Of a DNA stretch of 64,000 nt, positions 18,001-36,000 are shown in pieces. A program made the position numbers and the translations under genes. Location of the stretch: positions 57,970,001 through 58,034,000 of the forward strand of contig OZ024741.1 of NCBI GenBank assembly GCA_964016885.1, in the 5' to 3' direction. This stretch comes from Eledone cirrhosa (Eukaryota). The first letter of the stretch is position 1. Every line of letters starts with the position of its first letter. Under the pieces are notes generated by a model. It had not been told where the DNA came from and searched no databases. It saw only the letters and a list, made by a program, of their open reading frames with translations.

Positions 18001-21000
18001 CACCACCACACCACCACAGTTAAACTATATCTACACCACACCACCACAGTTAAACTATATCTACACCACAACACCACAGTTAAACTGTATCTACACCACC
18101 ACACCACCACAGTTAAACTATATCTTCACCACACCACCACAGTTAAACTATAACTACACCACAACACCACAGTTAAACTATATCTACACCACAACACCAC
18201 AGTTAAACTATATCTACACCACCACACCACCACAGTTAAACTATATCTACACCACACCACCACAGTTAAATTATATCTACACCACAACACTACAGTTAAA
18301 CTATATCTACACCACACCACTACAGTTAAACTATATCTACACCACACCACCACAGTTAAACTATATCTACACCACACCACCACAGTTAAACTATATCTAC
18401 ACCACACCACCACAGTTAAACTATATCTACACCACACCACCACAGTTAAACTATATCTACACCACACCACAACACCACAGTTAAACTATATCTACACCAC
18501 CACACCACAGTTAAACTATATCTACACCACCACAACACCACAGTTAAACTATATCTACACCACACCACCACAGTTAAACTATATCTACACCACACCACCA
18601 CAGTTAAACTGTATCTACACCACACCACCACAGTTAAACTATATCTACACCACCACAACACCACAGTTAAACTATATCTACACCACAACACCACAGTTAA
18701 ACTATATCTACACTACACCACCACAGTTAAACTATATCTACACCACACCACCACAGTTAAACTATATCTACACCACACCACAACACCACAGTTAAACTAT
18801 GACTACACCACAACACCACAGTTAAACTATAACCACACCACAACACAACAGTTAAACTATATCTACACCACCACAACACCACAGTTAAACTGTATCTACA
18901 CCACCACAACACCACAGTTAAACTATATCTACACCACACCACAACACCGCAGTTAAACTGTATCTACACCACCACACCACAGTTAAACTATAACTAGACC
19001 ACACCACCACAGTTAAACTATAACTACACCACCACAACACCACAGTTAAACTATATCTACACCACACCACAACACCGCAGTTAAACTGTATCTACACCAC
19101 CACACCACAGTTAAACTATATCTACACCACAACAACACAGTTAAACTATATCTACACCACAACGCCACAGTTAAACTATATCTACACCACCACAACACCA
19201 CAGTTAAACTATATCTACACCACCACACCACAGATAACTATATCTACACCACACCACCACAGTTAAACTATATCTACACCACAACACCACAGTTAAACTA
19301 TATCTACACCACCACACCACAGTTAAACTATATCTACACCACCACAACACCACAGTTAAACTATATCTACACCACACCACCACAGTTAAACTATATCTAC
19401 ACCACCACAACACCACAGTTAAACTATATCTACACCACACCACCACAGTTAAACTATATCTACACCACACCACCACAGTTAAACTATATCTACACCACAA
19501 CACCACAGTTAAACTATATCTACACCACCACACCACAGTTAAACTATATCTACACCACCACAACACCACAGTTAAACTATATCTACACCACAACACCACA
19601 GTTAAACTATATCTACACCACAACACCACAGTTAAAATATATCTACACCACAACACCACAGTTTAACTATATCTGCACCACACCAACACAGTTAAACTAT
19701 ATCTACACCACACCACCACAGTTAAACTGTATCTACACCACCACAACACCACAGTTAAACTATATCTACACCACAACACCACAGTTAAACTATATCTACA
19801 CCACACCACCACAGTTAAACTGTATCTACACCACCACAACACCACAGTTAAACTATATCTACACCACAACACCACAGTTAAACTATATCTACACCACCAC
19901 AACACCACAGTTAAACTATATCTACACCACACCACGACAGTTAAACTATATCTACACCACAACACCACAGTTAAACTATATCTACACCACACCACCACAG
20001 TTAAACTATATCTTCAGCACCACAACACCACAGTTAAACTATATCTACACCACACCACCACAGTTAAACTATATCTACACCACACCACCACAGTTAAACT
20101 ATATCTACACCACAACACCACAGTTAAACTATATCTACACCACACCACCACAGTTAAACTATATCTACACCACAACACTACAGTTAAACTATATCTACAC
20201 CACACCACTACAGTTAAACTATATCTACACCACACCACCACAGTTAAACTATATCTACACCACACCACCACAGTTAAACTATATCTACACCACACCACCA
20301 CAGTTAAACTATATCTACACCACACCACAACACCACAGTTAAACTATATCTACACCACCACACCACAGTTAAACTATATCTACACCACCACAACACCACA
20401 GTTAAACTATATCTACACCACACCACCACAGTTAAACTATATCTACACCACACCACCACAGTTGAACTGTATCTACACCACACCACCACAGTTAAACTAT
20501 ATCTACACCACCACAACACCACAGTTAAACTATATCTACACCACAACACCACAGTTAAACTATATCTACACTACACCACCACAGTTAAACTATATCTACA
20601 ACACAACACCGCAGTTAAACTATATCTACACCACACCACCACAGTTAAACTATAACTACACCACAACACCACAGTTAAACTATATCTACACCACAACAAC
20701 ACAGTTAAACTATATCTACACCACCACACCACCACAGTTAAACTATATCTACACCACCACAACACCACAGTTAAACTATATCTACACCACACCACCACAG
20801 TTAAACTAAATCTACACCACCACACCTCAGTTAAACTATATCTACACCACCACAACACCACAGTTAAACTATATCTACACCACAACACTACAGTTAAACT
20901 ATATATACACCAAAACACCACAGTTAAACTATATCTACACCACAACACCACACTTAAACTATAACTACACCACAACACCACAGTTAAACTATAACTACAC

Positions 21001-24000
21001 CACAACACCACAGTTAAACTATATCTACACCACACCACCACAGTTAAACTATATCTACACCACAACACTACAGTTAAACTATATCTACACCACACCACTA
21101 CAGTTAAACTATATCTACACCACACCACCACAGTTAAACTATATCTACACCACAACACCACAGTTAAACTATATCTACACCACCACACCACAGTGAAACT
21201 ATATCTACACCACCACAACACCACAGTTAAACTATATCTACACCACAACACCACAGTTAAACTATATCTACACCACAACACTACAGTTAAACTGTATCTA
21301 CACCACCACAACACCACAGTTAAACTATATCTACACCACACCACCACAGTTACACTGTATCTACACCACCACAACACCACAGTTAAACTATATCTACACC
21401 ACAACACCACAGTTAAACTATATCTACACCACACCACCACAGTTAAACTGTATCTACACCACCACAACACCACAGTTAAACTATATCTACACCACCACAA
21501 CACCACAGTTAAACTATATCTACACCACAACACCACAGTTAAACTATATCTACACCACACCACCACAGTTAAACTATATCTACACCACCACACCACCACA
21601 GTTAAACTATAACTACACCACCACAACACCACAGTTAAACTATATCTACACCACACCACCACAGTTAAACTATATCTACACCACACCACCACAGTTAAAC
21701 TATATCTACACCACACCACCACAGTTAAACTATATCTACACCACACCACCACCTTTAAACTATATCTACACCACACCACAACACCACAGTTAAACTATAT
21801 CTACACCACACCACCACAGTTAAACTATATCTTCACCACCACAACACCACAGTTAAACTATATCTACACCACCACACCACCACAGTTAAACTATATCTAC
21901 ACCACACCACCACAGTTAAACTATATCTACACCACAACACCACAGTTAAACTGTATCTACACCACCACACCACCACAGTTAAACTATATCTTCACCACAC
22001 CACCACAGTTAAACTATAACTACACCACAACACCACAGTTAAACTATATCTACACCACAACACCACAGTTAAACTATATCTACACCACCACACCACCACA
22101 GTTAAACTATATCTACACCACACCACCACAGTTAAATTATATCTACACCACAACACTACAGTTAAACTATATCTACACCACACCACTACAGTTAAACTAT
22201 ATCTACACCACACCACCACAGTTAAACTATATCTACACCACACCACCACAGTTAAACTATATCTACACCACACCACCACAGTTAAACTATATCTACACCA
22301 CACCACCACAGTTAAACTATATCTACACCACACCACAACACCACAGTTAAACTCTATCTACACCACCACACCACAGTTAAACTATATCTACACCACCACA
22401 ACACCACAGTTAAACTATATCTACACCACACCACCACAGTTAAACTATATCTACACCACACCACCACAGTTAAACTGTATCTACACCACACCACCACAGT
22501 TAAACTATATCTACACCACCACAACACCACAGTTAAACTATATCTACACCACAACACCACAGTTAAACTATATCTACACCACACCACGACAGTTAAACTA
22601 TATCTACACCACAACACCACAGTTAAACTATATCTACACCACACCTCCACAGTTAAACTATATCTTCAGCACCACAACACCACAGTTAAACTATATCTAC
22701 ACCACACCACCACAGTTAAACTATATCTACACCACACCACCACAGTTAAACTATAACTACACCACACCACAACAGTTAAACTATATCTACACCACACCAC
22801 CACTGTTAAACTATATCTACACCACACCACCATAGTTAAACTATATCTACACCACACCACCACAGTTAAACTATATCTACACCACAACACCACAGTTAAA
22901 CTATATCTACACCACACCACCACAGGTAAACTGTATCTACACCACCACAACACCACAGTTAAACTATATCTACACCACAACACCACAGTTAAACTATATC
23001 TACACCACCACAACACCACCGTTAAACTATATCTACACCACAACACCACAGTTAAACTGTATCTACACCACCACAACACCACAGTTAAACTATATCTACA
23101 CCACACCACCACAGTTAAACTGTATCTACACCACCACAATACCACAGTTAAACTATATCTACACCACAACACCACAGTTAAACTATATCTACACCACCAC
23201 AACACCACAGTTAAACTATATCTACACCACAACACCACAGTTAAACTATATCTACACCACAACACCACAGTTAAACTATATCTACACCACCACACCACAG
23301 TGAAACTATATCTACACCACACCACCACAGTTAAACTATATCTACACCACAGCACCACAGTTAAACGATATCTACACCACCACACCACAGTTAAAATATA
23401 TCTACACCACACCACCACAGTTAAACTATATCTACACCACACCACACCACCACAGTTAAACTATATCTACACCACACCACAACACCACAGTTAAACTATA
23501 TCTACACCACAACACCACAGTTAAACTATATCTACACCACAACACCACAGTTAAACTATATCTACACCACCACACCACAGTGAAACTATATCTACACCAC
23601 ACCACCACAGTTAAACTATAACTACACCACCACACCACAACAGTTAAACTATATCTACACCACACCACCACAGTTAAACTATATCTACACCACACCACAA
23701 CACCACAGTTAAACTATATCTACACCACAACACCACATTTAAACTATATCTACACCACAACACCACAGTTAAACTATATCTACACCACCACACCACAGTG
23801 AAACTATATCTACACCACACCACCACAGTTAAACTATATCTACACCACAGCACCACAGTTAAACGATATCTACACCACCACACCACAGTTAAAATATATC
23901 TACACCACACCACCACAGTTAAACTATATCTACACCACCACAACACCACAGTTAAACTATATCTACACCACACCACCACAGTTAAACTGTATCTACACCA

Positions 24001-27000
24001 CCACAACACCACAGTTAAACTATATCTACACCACACCACCACTGTTAAACTATATCTACACCACACCACCACAGTTAAACTATATCTACACCACCACACC
24101 ACAGTTAAACTATATCTACACCACCACAACACCACAGTTAAACTATATCTACACCACACCACCACAGTTAAACTATATCTACACCACCACACCTCAGTTA
24201 AACTATATCTACACCACCACAACACCACAGTTAAACTATATCTACACCACAACACCACAGTTAAACTATAACTACACCACACCACCACAGTTAAACTATA
24301 ACTACACCACACCACCACAGTTAAACTATAACTACACCACACCACCACAGTTAAACTATATCGACACCACACCACCACAGTTAAACTATATCTACACCAC
24401 AACACCACAGTTAAACTATATCTACACCACACCACCACAGTTAAACTATATCTACACCACACCACCACAGTTAAACTATATCTACACCACAACACCACAG
24501 TTAAACTATATCTACACCACACCACCAGTTAAACTATATCTACAGCACAACACCACAGTTCAACTATATCTACACCACACCACCACAGTTAAACTATATC
24601 TACACCACACCACCACAGTTAAAGTATATCTACACCACACCACCACAGTTAAACTATATCTACACCACAACACCACAGTTAAACTATATCTACACCACAC
24701 CACCACAGTTAAAATAGTTCTACACCACACCACCACAGTTAAAGTATATCTACACCACCACACCACAGTTAAACTATATCTACACCACAACACCACAGTT
24801 AAACTATATCTACACCACCACAGTTAAACTATATCTACACCACAACACCACAGTTAAACTATAACTACACCACAACACCACAGTTAAACTATATCTACAC
24901 CACCACAGTTAAACTATATCTACACCACACCACCACAGTTAAACTATAACTACACCACAACACCACAGGTAAACTATATCTACACCACCACAACACCACA
25001 GTTAAACTGTATCTACACCACAACACCACAGTTAAACTATATCTACACTACCACAGTTAAACTATATCTACACCACCACAACACCACAGTTAAACTGTAT
25101 CTACACCACCACAACACCACAGTTAAACTATATCTACACCACACCACAACACCGCAGTTAAACTGTATCTACACCACCACACCACAGTTAAACTATAACT
25201 AGACCACACCACCACAGTTAAACTATAACTACACCACCACAACACCACAGTTAAACTATATCTACACCACACCACAACACCGCAGTTAAACTGTATCTAC
25301 ACCACCACACCACAGTTAAACTATATCTACACCACAACAACACAGTTAAACTATATCTACACCACAACGCCACAGTTAAACTATATCTACACCACCACAA
25401 CACCACAGTTAAACTATATCTACACCACCACACCACAGATAACTATATCTACACCACACCACCACAGTTAAACTATATCTACACCACAACACCACAGTTA
25501 AACTATATCTACACCACCACACCACAGTTAAACTATATCTACACCACCACAACACCACAGTTAAACTATATCTACACCACACCACCACAGTTAAACTATA
25601 TCTACACCACCACAACACCACAGTTAAACTATATCTACACCACACCACCACAGTTAAACTATATCTACACCACACCACCACAGTTAAACTATATCTACAC
25701 CACAACACCACAGTTAAACTATATCTACACCACCACACCACAGTTAAACTATATCTACACCACCACAACACCACAGTTAAACTATATCTACACCACAACA
25801 CCACAGTTAAACTATATCTACACCACAACACCACAGTTAAAATATATCTACACCACAACACCACAGTTTAACTATATCTGCACCACACCAACACAGTTAA
25901 ACTATATCTACACCACACCACCACAGTTAAACTGTATCTACACCACCACAACACCACAGTTAAACTATATCTACACCACAACACCACAGTTAAACTATAT
26001 CTACACCACACCACCACAGTTAAACTGTATCTACACCACCACAACACCACAGTTAAACTATATCTACACCACAACACCACAGTTAAACTATATCTACACC
26101 ACCACAACACCACAGTTAAACTATATCTACACCACACCACGACAGTTAAACTATATCTACACCACAACACCACAGTTAAACTATATCTACACCACACCAC
26201 CACAGTTAAACTATATCTTCAGCACCACAACACCACAGTTAAACTATATCTACACCACACCACCACAGTTAAACTATATCTACACCACACCACCACAGTT
26301 AAACTATATCTACACCACAACACCACAGTTAAACTATATCTACACCACACCACCACAGTTAAACTATATCTACACCACAACACTACAGTTAAACTATATC
26401 TACACCACACCACTACAGTTAAACTATATCTACACCACACCACCACAGTTAAACTATATCTACACCACACCACCACAGTTAAACTATATCTACACCACAC
26501 CACCACAGTTAAACTATATCTACACCACACCACAACACCACAGTTAAACTATATCTACACCACCACACCACAGTTAAACTATATCTACACCACCACAACA
26601 CCACAGTTAAACTATATCTACACCACACCACCACAGTTAAACTATATCTACACCACACCACCACAGTTGAACTGTATCTACACCACACCACCACAGTTAA
26701 ACTATATCTACACCACCACAACACCACAGTTAAACTATATCTACACCACAACACCACAGTTAAACTATATCTACACTACACCACCACAGTTAAACTATAT
26801 CTACAACACAACACCGCAGTTAAACTATATCTACACCACACCACCACAGTTAAACTATAACTACACCACAACACCACAGTTAAACTATATCTACACCACA
26901 ACAACACAGTTAAACTATATCTACACCACCACACCACCACAGTTAAACTATATCTACACCACCACAACACCACAGTTAAACTATATCTACACCACACCAC

Positions 27001-30000
27001 CACAGTTAAACTAAATCTACACCACCACACCTCAGTTAAACTATATCTACACCACCACAACACCACAGTTAAACTATATCTACACCACAACACTACAGTT
27101 AAACTATATATACACCAAAACACCACAGTTAAACTATATCTACACCACAACACCACACTTAAACTATAACTACACCACAACACCACAGTTAAACTATAAC
27201 TACACCACAACACCACAGTTAAACTATATCTACACCACACCACCACAGTTAAACTATATCTACACCACAACACTACAGTTAAACTATATCTACACCACAC
27301 CACTACAGTTAAACTATATCTACACCACACCACCACAGTTAAACTATATCTACACCACAACACCACAGTTAAACTATATCTACACCACCACACCACAGTG
27401 AAACTATATCTACACCACCACAACACCACAGTTAAACTATATCTACACCACAACACCACAGTTAAACTATATCTACACCACAACACTACAGTTAAACTGT
27501 ATCTACACCACCACAACACCACAGTTAAACTATATCTACACCACACCACCACAGTTACACTGTATCTACACCACCACAACACCACAGTTAAACTATATCT
27601 ACACCACAACACCACAGTTAAACTATATCTACACCACACCACCACAGTTAAACTGTATCTACACCACCACAACACCACAGTTAAACTATATCTACACCAC
27701 CACAACACCACAGTTAAACTATATCTACACCACAACACCACAGTTAAACTATATCTACACCACACCACCACAGTTAAACTATATCTACACCACCACACCA
27801 CCACAGTTAAACTATAACTACACCACCACAACACCACAGTTAAACTATATCTACACCACACCACCACAGTTAAACTATATCTACACCACACCACCACAGT
27901 TAAACTATATCTACACCACACCACCACAGTTAAACTATATCTACACCACACCACCACCTTTAAACTATATCTACACCACACCACAACACCACAGTTAAAC
28001 TATATCTACACCACACCACCACAGTTAAACTATATCTTCACCACCACAACACCACAGTTAAACTATATCTACACCACCACACCACCACAGTTAAACTATA
28101 TCTACACCACACCACCACAGTTAAACTATATCTACACCACAACACCACAGTTAAACTGTATCTACACCACCACACCACCACAGTTAAACTATATCTTCAC
28201 CACACCACCACAGTTAAACTATAACTACACCACAACACCACAGTTAAACTATATCTACACCACAACACCACAGTTAAACTATATCTACACCACCACACCA
28301 CCACAGTTAAACTATATCTACACCACACCACCACAGTTAAATTATATCTACACCACAACACTACAGTTAAACTATATCTACACCACACCACTACAGTTAA
28401 ACTATATCTACACCACACCACCACAGTTAAACTATATCTACACCACACCACCACAGTTAAACTATATCTACACCACACCACCACAGTTAAACTATATCTA
28501 CACCACACCACCACAGTTAAACTATATCTACACCACACCACAACACCACAGTTAAACTCTATCTACACCACCACACCACAGTTAAACTATATCTACACCA
28601 CCACAACACCACAGTTAAACTATATCTACACCACACCACCACAGTTAAACTATATCTACACCACACCACCACAGTTAAACTGTATCTACACCACACCACC
28701 ACAGTTAAACTATATCTACACCACCACAACACCACAGTTAAACTATATCTACACCACAACACCACAGTTAAACTATATCTACACCACACCACGACAGTTA
28801 AACTATATCTACACCACAACACCACAGTTAAACTATATCTACACCACACCACCACAGTTAAACTATATCTTCAGCACCACAACACCACAGTTAAACTATA
28901 TCTACACCACACCACCACAGTTAAACTATATCTACACCACACCACCACAGTTAAACTATAACTACACCACACCACAACAGTTAAACTATATCTACACCAC
29001 ACCACCACTGTTAAACTATATCTACACCACACCACCATAGTTAAACTATATCTACACCACACCACCACAGTTAAACTATATCTACACCACCACACCACCA
29101 CAGTTAAACTATATCTGCACCACAACACCACAGTTAAACTATATCTACACCACACCACCACAGTTAAACTATATCTACACCACACCACCACAGTTAAACT
29201 ATATCTACACCACCACACCACCACAGTTAAACTATATCTACACCACAACAACACCACAGTTAAGCTATATCTACACCACACCACCTCAGTTAAACTATAT
29301 CTACACCACAACACCACAGTGAAACTATATCTACACCACCACACCACAACAGTTAAACTATATCTACACCACACCACCACAGTTAAACTATATCTACACC
29401 ACACCACAACACCACAGTTAAACTATATCTACACCACAACACCACAGTTAAACTATATCTACACCACAACACCACAGTTAAACTATATCTACACCACCAC
29501 ACCACAGTGAAACTATATCTACACCACACCACCACAGTTAAACTATATCTACACCACAGCACCACAGTTAAACGATATCTACACCACCACACCACAGTTA
29601 AAATATATCTACACCACACCACCACAGTTAAACTATATCTACACCACACCACACCACCACAGTTAAACTATATCTACACCACACCACAACACCACAGTTA
29701 AACTATATCTACACCACAACACCACAGTTAAACTATATCTACACCACAACACCACAGTTAAACTATATCTACACCACCACACCACAGTGAAACTATATCT
29801 ACACCACACCACCACAGTTAAACTATAACTACACCACCACACCACAACAGTTAAACTATATCTACACCACACCACCACAGTTAAACTATATCTACACCAC
29901 ACCACAACACCACAGTTAAACTATATCTACACCACAACACCACATTTAAACTATATCTACACCACAACACCACAGTTAAACTATATCTACACCACCACAC

Positions 30001-33000
30001 CACAGTGAAACTATATCTACACCACACCACCACAGTTAAACTATATCTACACCACACCACCACAGTTAAACTATATCTACACCACCACAACACCACAGTT
30101 AAACTATATCTACACCACACCACCACAGTTAAACTGTATCTACACCACCACAACACCACAGTTAAACTATATCTACACCACACCACCACTGTTAAACTAT
30201 ATCTACACCACACCACCACAGTTAAACTATATCTACACCACCACACCACAGTTAAACTATATCTACACCACCACAACACCACAGTTAAACTATATCTACA
30301 CCACACCACCACAGTTAAACTATATCTACACCACCACACCTCAGTTAAACTATATCTACACCACCACAACACCACAGTTAAACTATATCTACACCACAAC
30401 ACCACAGTTAAACTATAACTACACCACACCACCACAGTTAAACTATAACTACACCACACCACCACAGTTAAACTATAACTACACCACACCACCACAGTTA
30501 AACTATATCGACACCACACCACCACAGTTAAACTATATCTACACCACAACACCACAGTTAAACTATATCTACACCACACCACCACAGTTAAACTATATCT
30601 ACACCACACCACCACAGTTAAACTATATCTACACCACAACACCACAGTTAAACTATATCTACACCACACCACCAGTTAAACTATATCTACAGCACAACAC
30701 CACAGTTCAACTATATCTACACCACACCACCACAGTTAAACTATATCTACACCACACCACCACAGTTAAAGTATATCTACACCACACCACCACAGTTAAA
30801 CTATATCTACACCACAACACCACAGTTAAACTATATCTACACCACACCACCACAGTTAAAATAGTTCTACACCACACCACCACAGTTAAAGTATATCTAC
30901 ACCACCACACCACAGTTAAACTATATCTACACCACAACACCACAGTTAAACTATATCTACACCACCACAGTTAAACTATATCTACACCACAACACCACAG
31001 TTAAACTATAACTACACCACAACACCACAGTTAAACTATATCTACACCACCACAGTTAAACTATATCTACACCACACCACCACAGTTAAACTATAACTAC
31101 ACCACAACACCACAGGTAAACTATATCTACACCACCACAACACCACAGTTAAACTGTATCTACACCACAACACCACAGTTAAACTATATCTACACTACCA
31201 CAGTTAAACTATATCTACACCACCACAGTTAAACTATATCTACACCACAACACCACCACAGTTAAACTATATCTACACCACAACACCGCAGTTAAACTAT
31301 ATCTACACCATACCACCACAGTTAAACTATATCTACACCACCACAGTTAAACTATATCTACACCACCACACCACAGTTAAACTATATCTACACCACACCA
31401 CCACAGTTAAACTATAACTACACCACAACACCACAGTTAAACTATATCTACACCACACCACCACAGTTAAACTATATCTACACCACACGACCACAGTTAA
31501 ACTATAACTACACCACAACACCACAGTTAAACTATATCTACACCACCACACCACCACAGTTAAACTATATCTACACCACAACACCACAGTTAAACTATAT
31601 CTACACCACACCACCACAGTTAAACTATATCTACACCACACCACCACAGTTAAACTATATCTACACCACAACACCACAGTTAAACTATATCTACACCACA
31701 CCACCACAGTTAAACTAAATCAACACGACCACAACACCACAGTTAAACTATATCTACACCACCACACCACCACAGTTAAACTATATCTACACCACCACAC
31801 CACCACAGTTAAACTATATCTACACCACCACACCACCACAGTTAAACTATGTCTACACCACCACACCACCACATTTAAACTATATCTACACCACCACACC
31901 ACCACAGTTAAACTATATCTACACCACCACAACACCACAGTTAAACTATATCTACACCACAACACCACAGTGAAACTATATCTACACCACCACAACACCA
32001 CAGTTAAACTATATCTACACCACAACACCACAGTTAAACTATATCTACACCACACCACTACAGTTAAACTATATCTACACCACAACACCACAGTTAAACT
32101 ATATCTACACCACAACACCCCAGTTAAACTATATCTACACCACCACAACACTACAGTTAAACTATATCTACACCACACCACTACAGTTAAACTATATCTA
32201 CACCACAACACCACAGTTAACCTATATCTACACCACACCACCACAGTTAAACTATAACTACACCACAACAACACAGTTAAACTATAACTACACCACACCA
32301 CAACACCACAGTTAAACTGTATCTACACCACAACAACACCACAGTTAAACTATATCTACACCACCACAACACTACAGTTAAACTATATCTACACCACAAC
32401 ACCACAGTTAAACTATATCTACACCACACCACCACAGTTAAACTATATCTACACCACAACACCACAGTTAAACTATATCTACACCACACCACCACAGTTA
32501 AACTATAACTACACCACACCACCACAGTTAAACTATATCTACACCACAACACCACAGTTAAACTATATCTACACCACACCACCACCACAGTTAAACTATA
32601 ACTACACCACAACACCACAGTTAAACTATATCTACACCACACCACCACAACAGTTAAACTATAACTACACCACACCACCACAGTTAAGCTATATCTACAC
32701 CACAACACCACTGTTAAACTATATCTACACCACCACAACACCACAGTTAAACTATATCTACACCACAACACCACAGTTAAACTATATCTACACCACAACA
32801 CCACAGTTAAATTATATCTACACCACCCCACCACAGTTAAACTATATCTACACCACACCACCACAGTTAAACTATATCTACACCACCACACCACCACAGT
32901 TAAACTATATCTACACCACACCACCACAGTTAAACTATATCTACACCACCACACCACCACAGTTAAACTATATCTACACCACCACACCACCACAGTTAAA

Positions 33001-36000
33001 CTATAGCTACACCATACCACCACAGTTAAACTATATCTACACCACACCACCACAGTTAAACTATATCTACACCACCACACCACCACAGTTAAACTATATC
33101 TACACCACAACACCACAGTTAAACTATATCTACACCACCACACCACCACAGTTAAACTATATCTTCACCACAACACCACAGTTAAACTATATCTACACCA
33201 CACCACCACAGTTAAACTATAACTACACCACACCACCACAGTTAAACTATATCTACACCACAACACCACAGTTAAACTATATCTACACCACACCACCACC
33301 ACAGTTAATCTATAACTACACCACAACACCACAGTTAAACTATATCTACACCACAACACCACAGTTAAACTATATCTACACCACACCACCACCACAGTTA
33401 AACTATAACTACACCACAACACCACAGTTAAACTATATCTACACCACAACACCACCACAGTTAAACTATAACTACACCACACCACCACAGTTAAGCTATA
33501 TCTTCACCACAACACCACAGTTAAACTATATCTACACCACACCACCACAGTTAAACTATATCTACACCACAACACCACAGTTAAACTATATCTACACCAC
33601 AACACCACAGTTAAACTATATCTACACCACACCACCACAGTTAAACTATAACTACACCACACCACCACAGTTAAACTATATCTACACCACAACACCACAG
33701 TTAAACTATATCAACACTACACCACCACAGTTAAACTATAACTACACCACACCACCACAGTTAAACTATATCTACACCACACCACAACACCACAGTTAAA
33801 CTATATCTACACCACAACACCACAGTTAAACTATATCTACACCACAACACCACAGTTAAACTATATCTACACCACACCACCACAGTTAAACTATATCTAC
33901 ACCACCACACCACCACAGTTAAACTATATCTACACCACCACAACACCACAGTTAAACTATATCTACACCACACCACCACAGTTAAACTATATCTACACCA
34001 CACCACCACAGTTAAACTATATCTACATCACAACACCACAGTTAAACTATATCTTCACCACAACACCACAGTTAAACTATATCTACACCACAACACCACA
34101 GTTAAACTATATCTACACCACACCACCACAACAGTTAAACTATAACTACACCACACCACCACAGTTAAGCTATATCTACACCACAACACCACTGTTAAAC
34201 TATATCTACACCACCACAACACCACCGTTAAACTATATCTACACCACAACACCACAGTTAAATTATATCTACACCACCCCACCACAGTTAAACTATATCT
34301 ACACCACACCACCACAGTTAAACTATATCTACACCACCACACCACCACAGTTAAACTATATCTACACCACACCACCACAGTTAAACTATATCTACACCAC
34401 CACACCACCACAGTTAAACTATTTCTACACCACCACACCACCACAGTTAAACTATATCTACACCACCACACCACCACAGTTAAACTATATCTACACCATA
34501 CCACCACAGTTAAACTATATCTACAGCACACCACCACAGTTAAACTATATCTACACCACCACACCACCACAGTTAAACTATATCTACACCACAACACCAC
34601 AGTTAAACTATAATTACACCACCACACCACAGTTAAACTATATCTACACCACCACAACACCACAGTTAAACTATATCTACACCACACCACCACAGTTAAA
34701 CTATATCTACACCACCACACCTCAGTTAAACTATATCTACACCACCACAACACCACAGTTAAACTATATCTACACCACAACACCACAGTTAAACTATAAC
34801 TACACCACACCACCACAGTTAAACTATAACTACACCACACCACCACAGTTAAACTATAACTACACCACACCACCACAGTTAAACTATATCGACACCACAC
34901 CACCACAGTTAAACTATATCTACACCACAACACCACAGTTAAACTATATCTACACCACACCACCACAGTTAAACTATATCTACACCACACCACCACAGTT
35001 AAACTATATCTACACCACAACACCACAGTTAAACTATATCTACACCACACCACCAGTTAAACTATATCTACAGCACAACACCACAGTTCAACTATATCTA
35101 CACCACACCACCACAGTTAAACTATATCTACACCACACCACCACAGTTAAAGTATATCTACACCACACCACCACAGTTAAACTATATCTACACCACAACA
35201 CCACAGTTAAACTATATCTACACCACACCACCACAGTTAAAATAGTTCTACACCACACCACCACAGTTAAAGTATATCTACACCACCACACCACAGTTAA
35301 ACTATATCTACACCACAACACCACAGTTAAACTATATCTACACCACCACAGTTAAACTATATCTACACCACAACACCACAGTTAAACTATAACTACACCA
35401 CAACACCACAGTTAAACTATATCTACACCACCACAGTTAAACTATATCTACACCACACCACCACAGTTAAACTATAACTACACCACAACACCACAGGTAA
35501 ACTATATCTACACCACCACAACACCACAGTTAAACTGTATCTACACCACAACACCACAGTTAAACTATATCTACACTACCACAGTTAAACTATATCTACA
35601 CCACCACAGTTAAACTATATCTACACCACAACACCACCACAGTTAAACTATATCTACACCACAACACCGCAGTTAAACTATATCTACACCATACCACCAC
35701 AGTTAAACTATATCTACACCACCACAGTTAAACTATATCTACACCACCACACCACAGTTAAACTATATCTACACCACACCACCACAGTTAAACTATAACT
35801 ACACCACAACACCACAGTTAAACTATATCTACACCACACCACCACAGTTAAACTATATCTACACCACACGACCACAGTTAAACTATAACTACACCACAAC
35901 ACCACAGTTAAACTATATCTACACCACCACACCACCACAGTTAAACTATATCTACACCACAACACCACAGTTAAACTATATCTACACCACACCACCACAG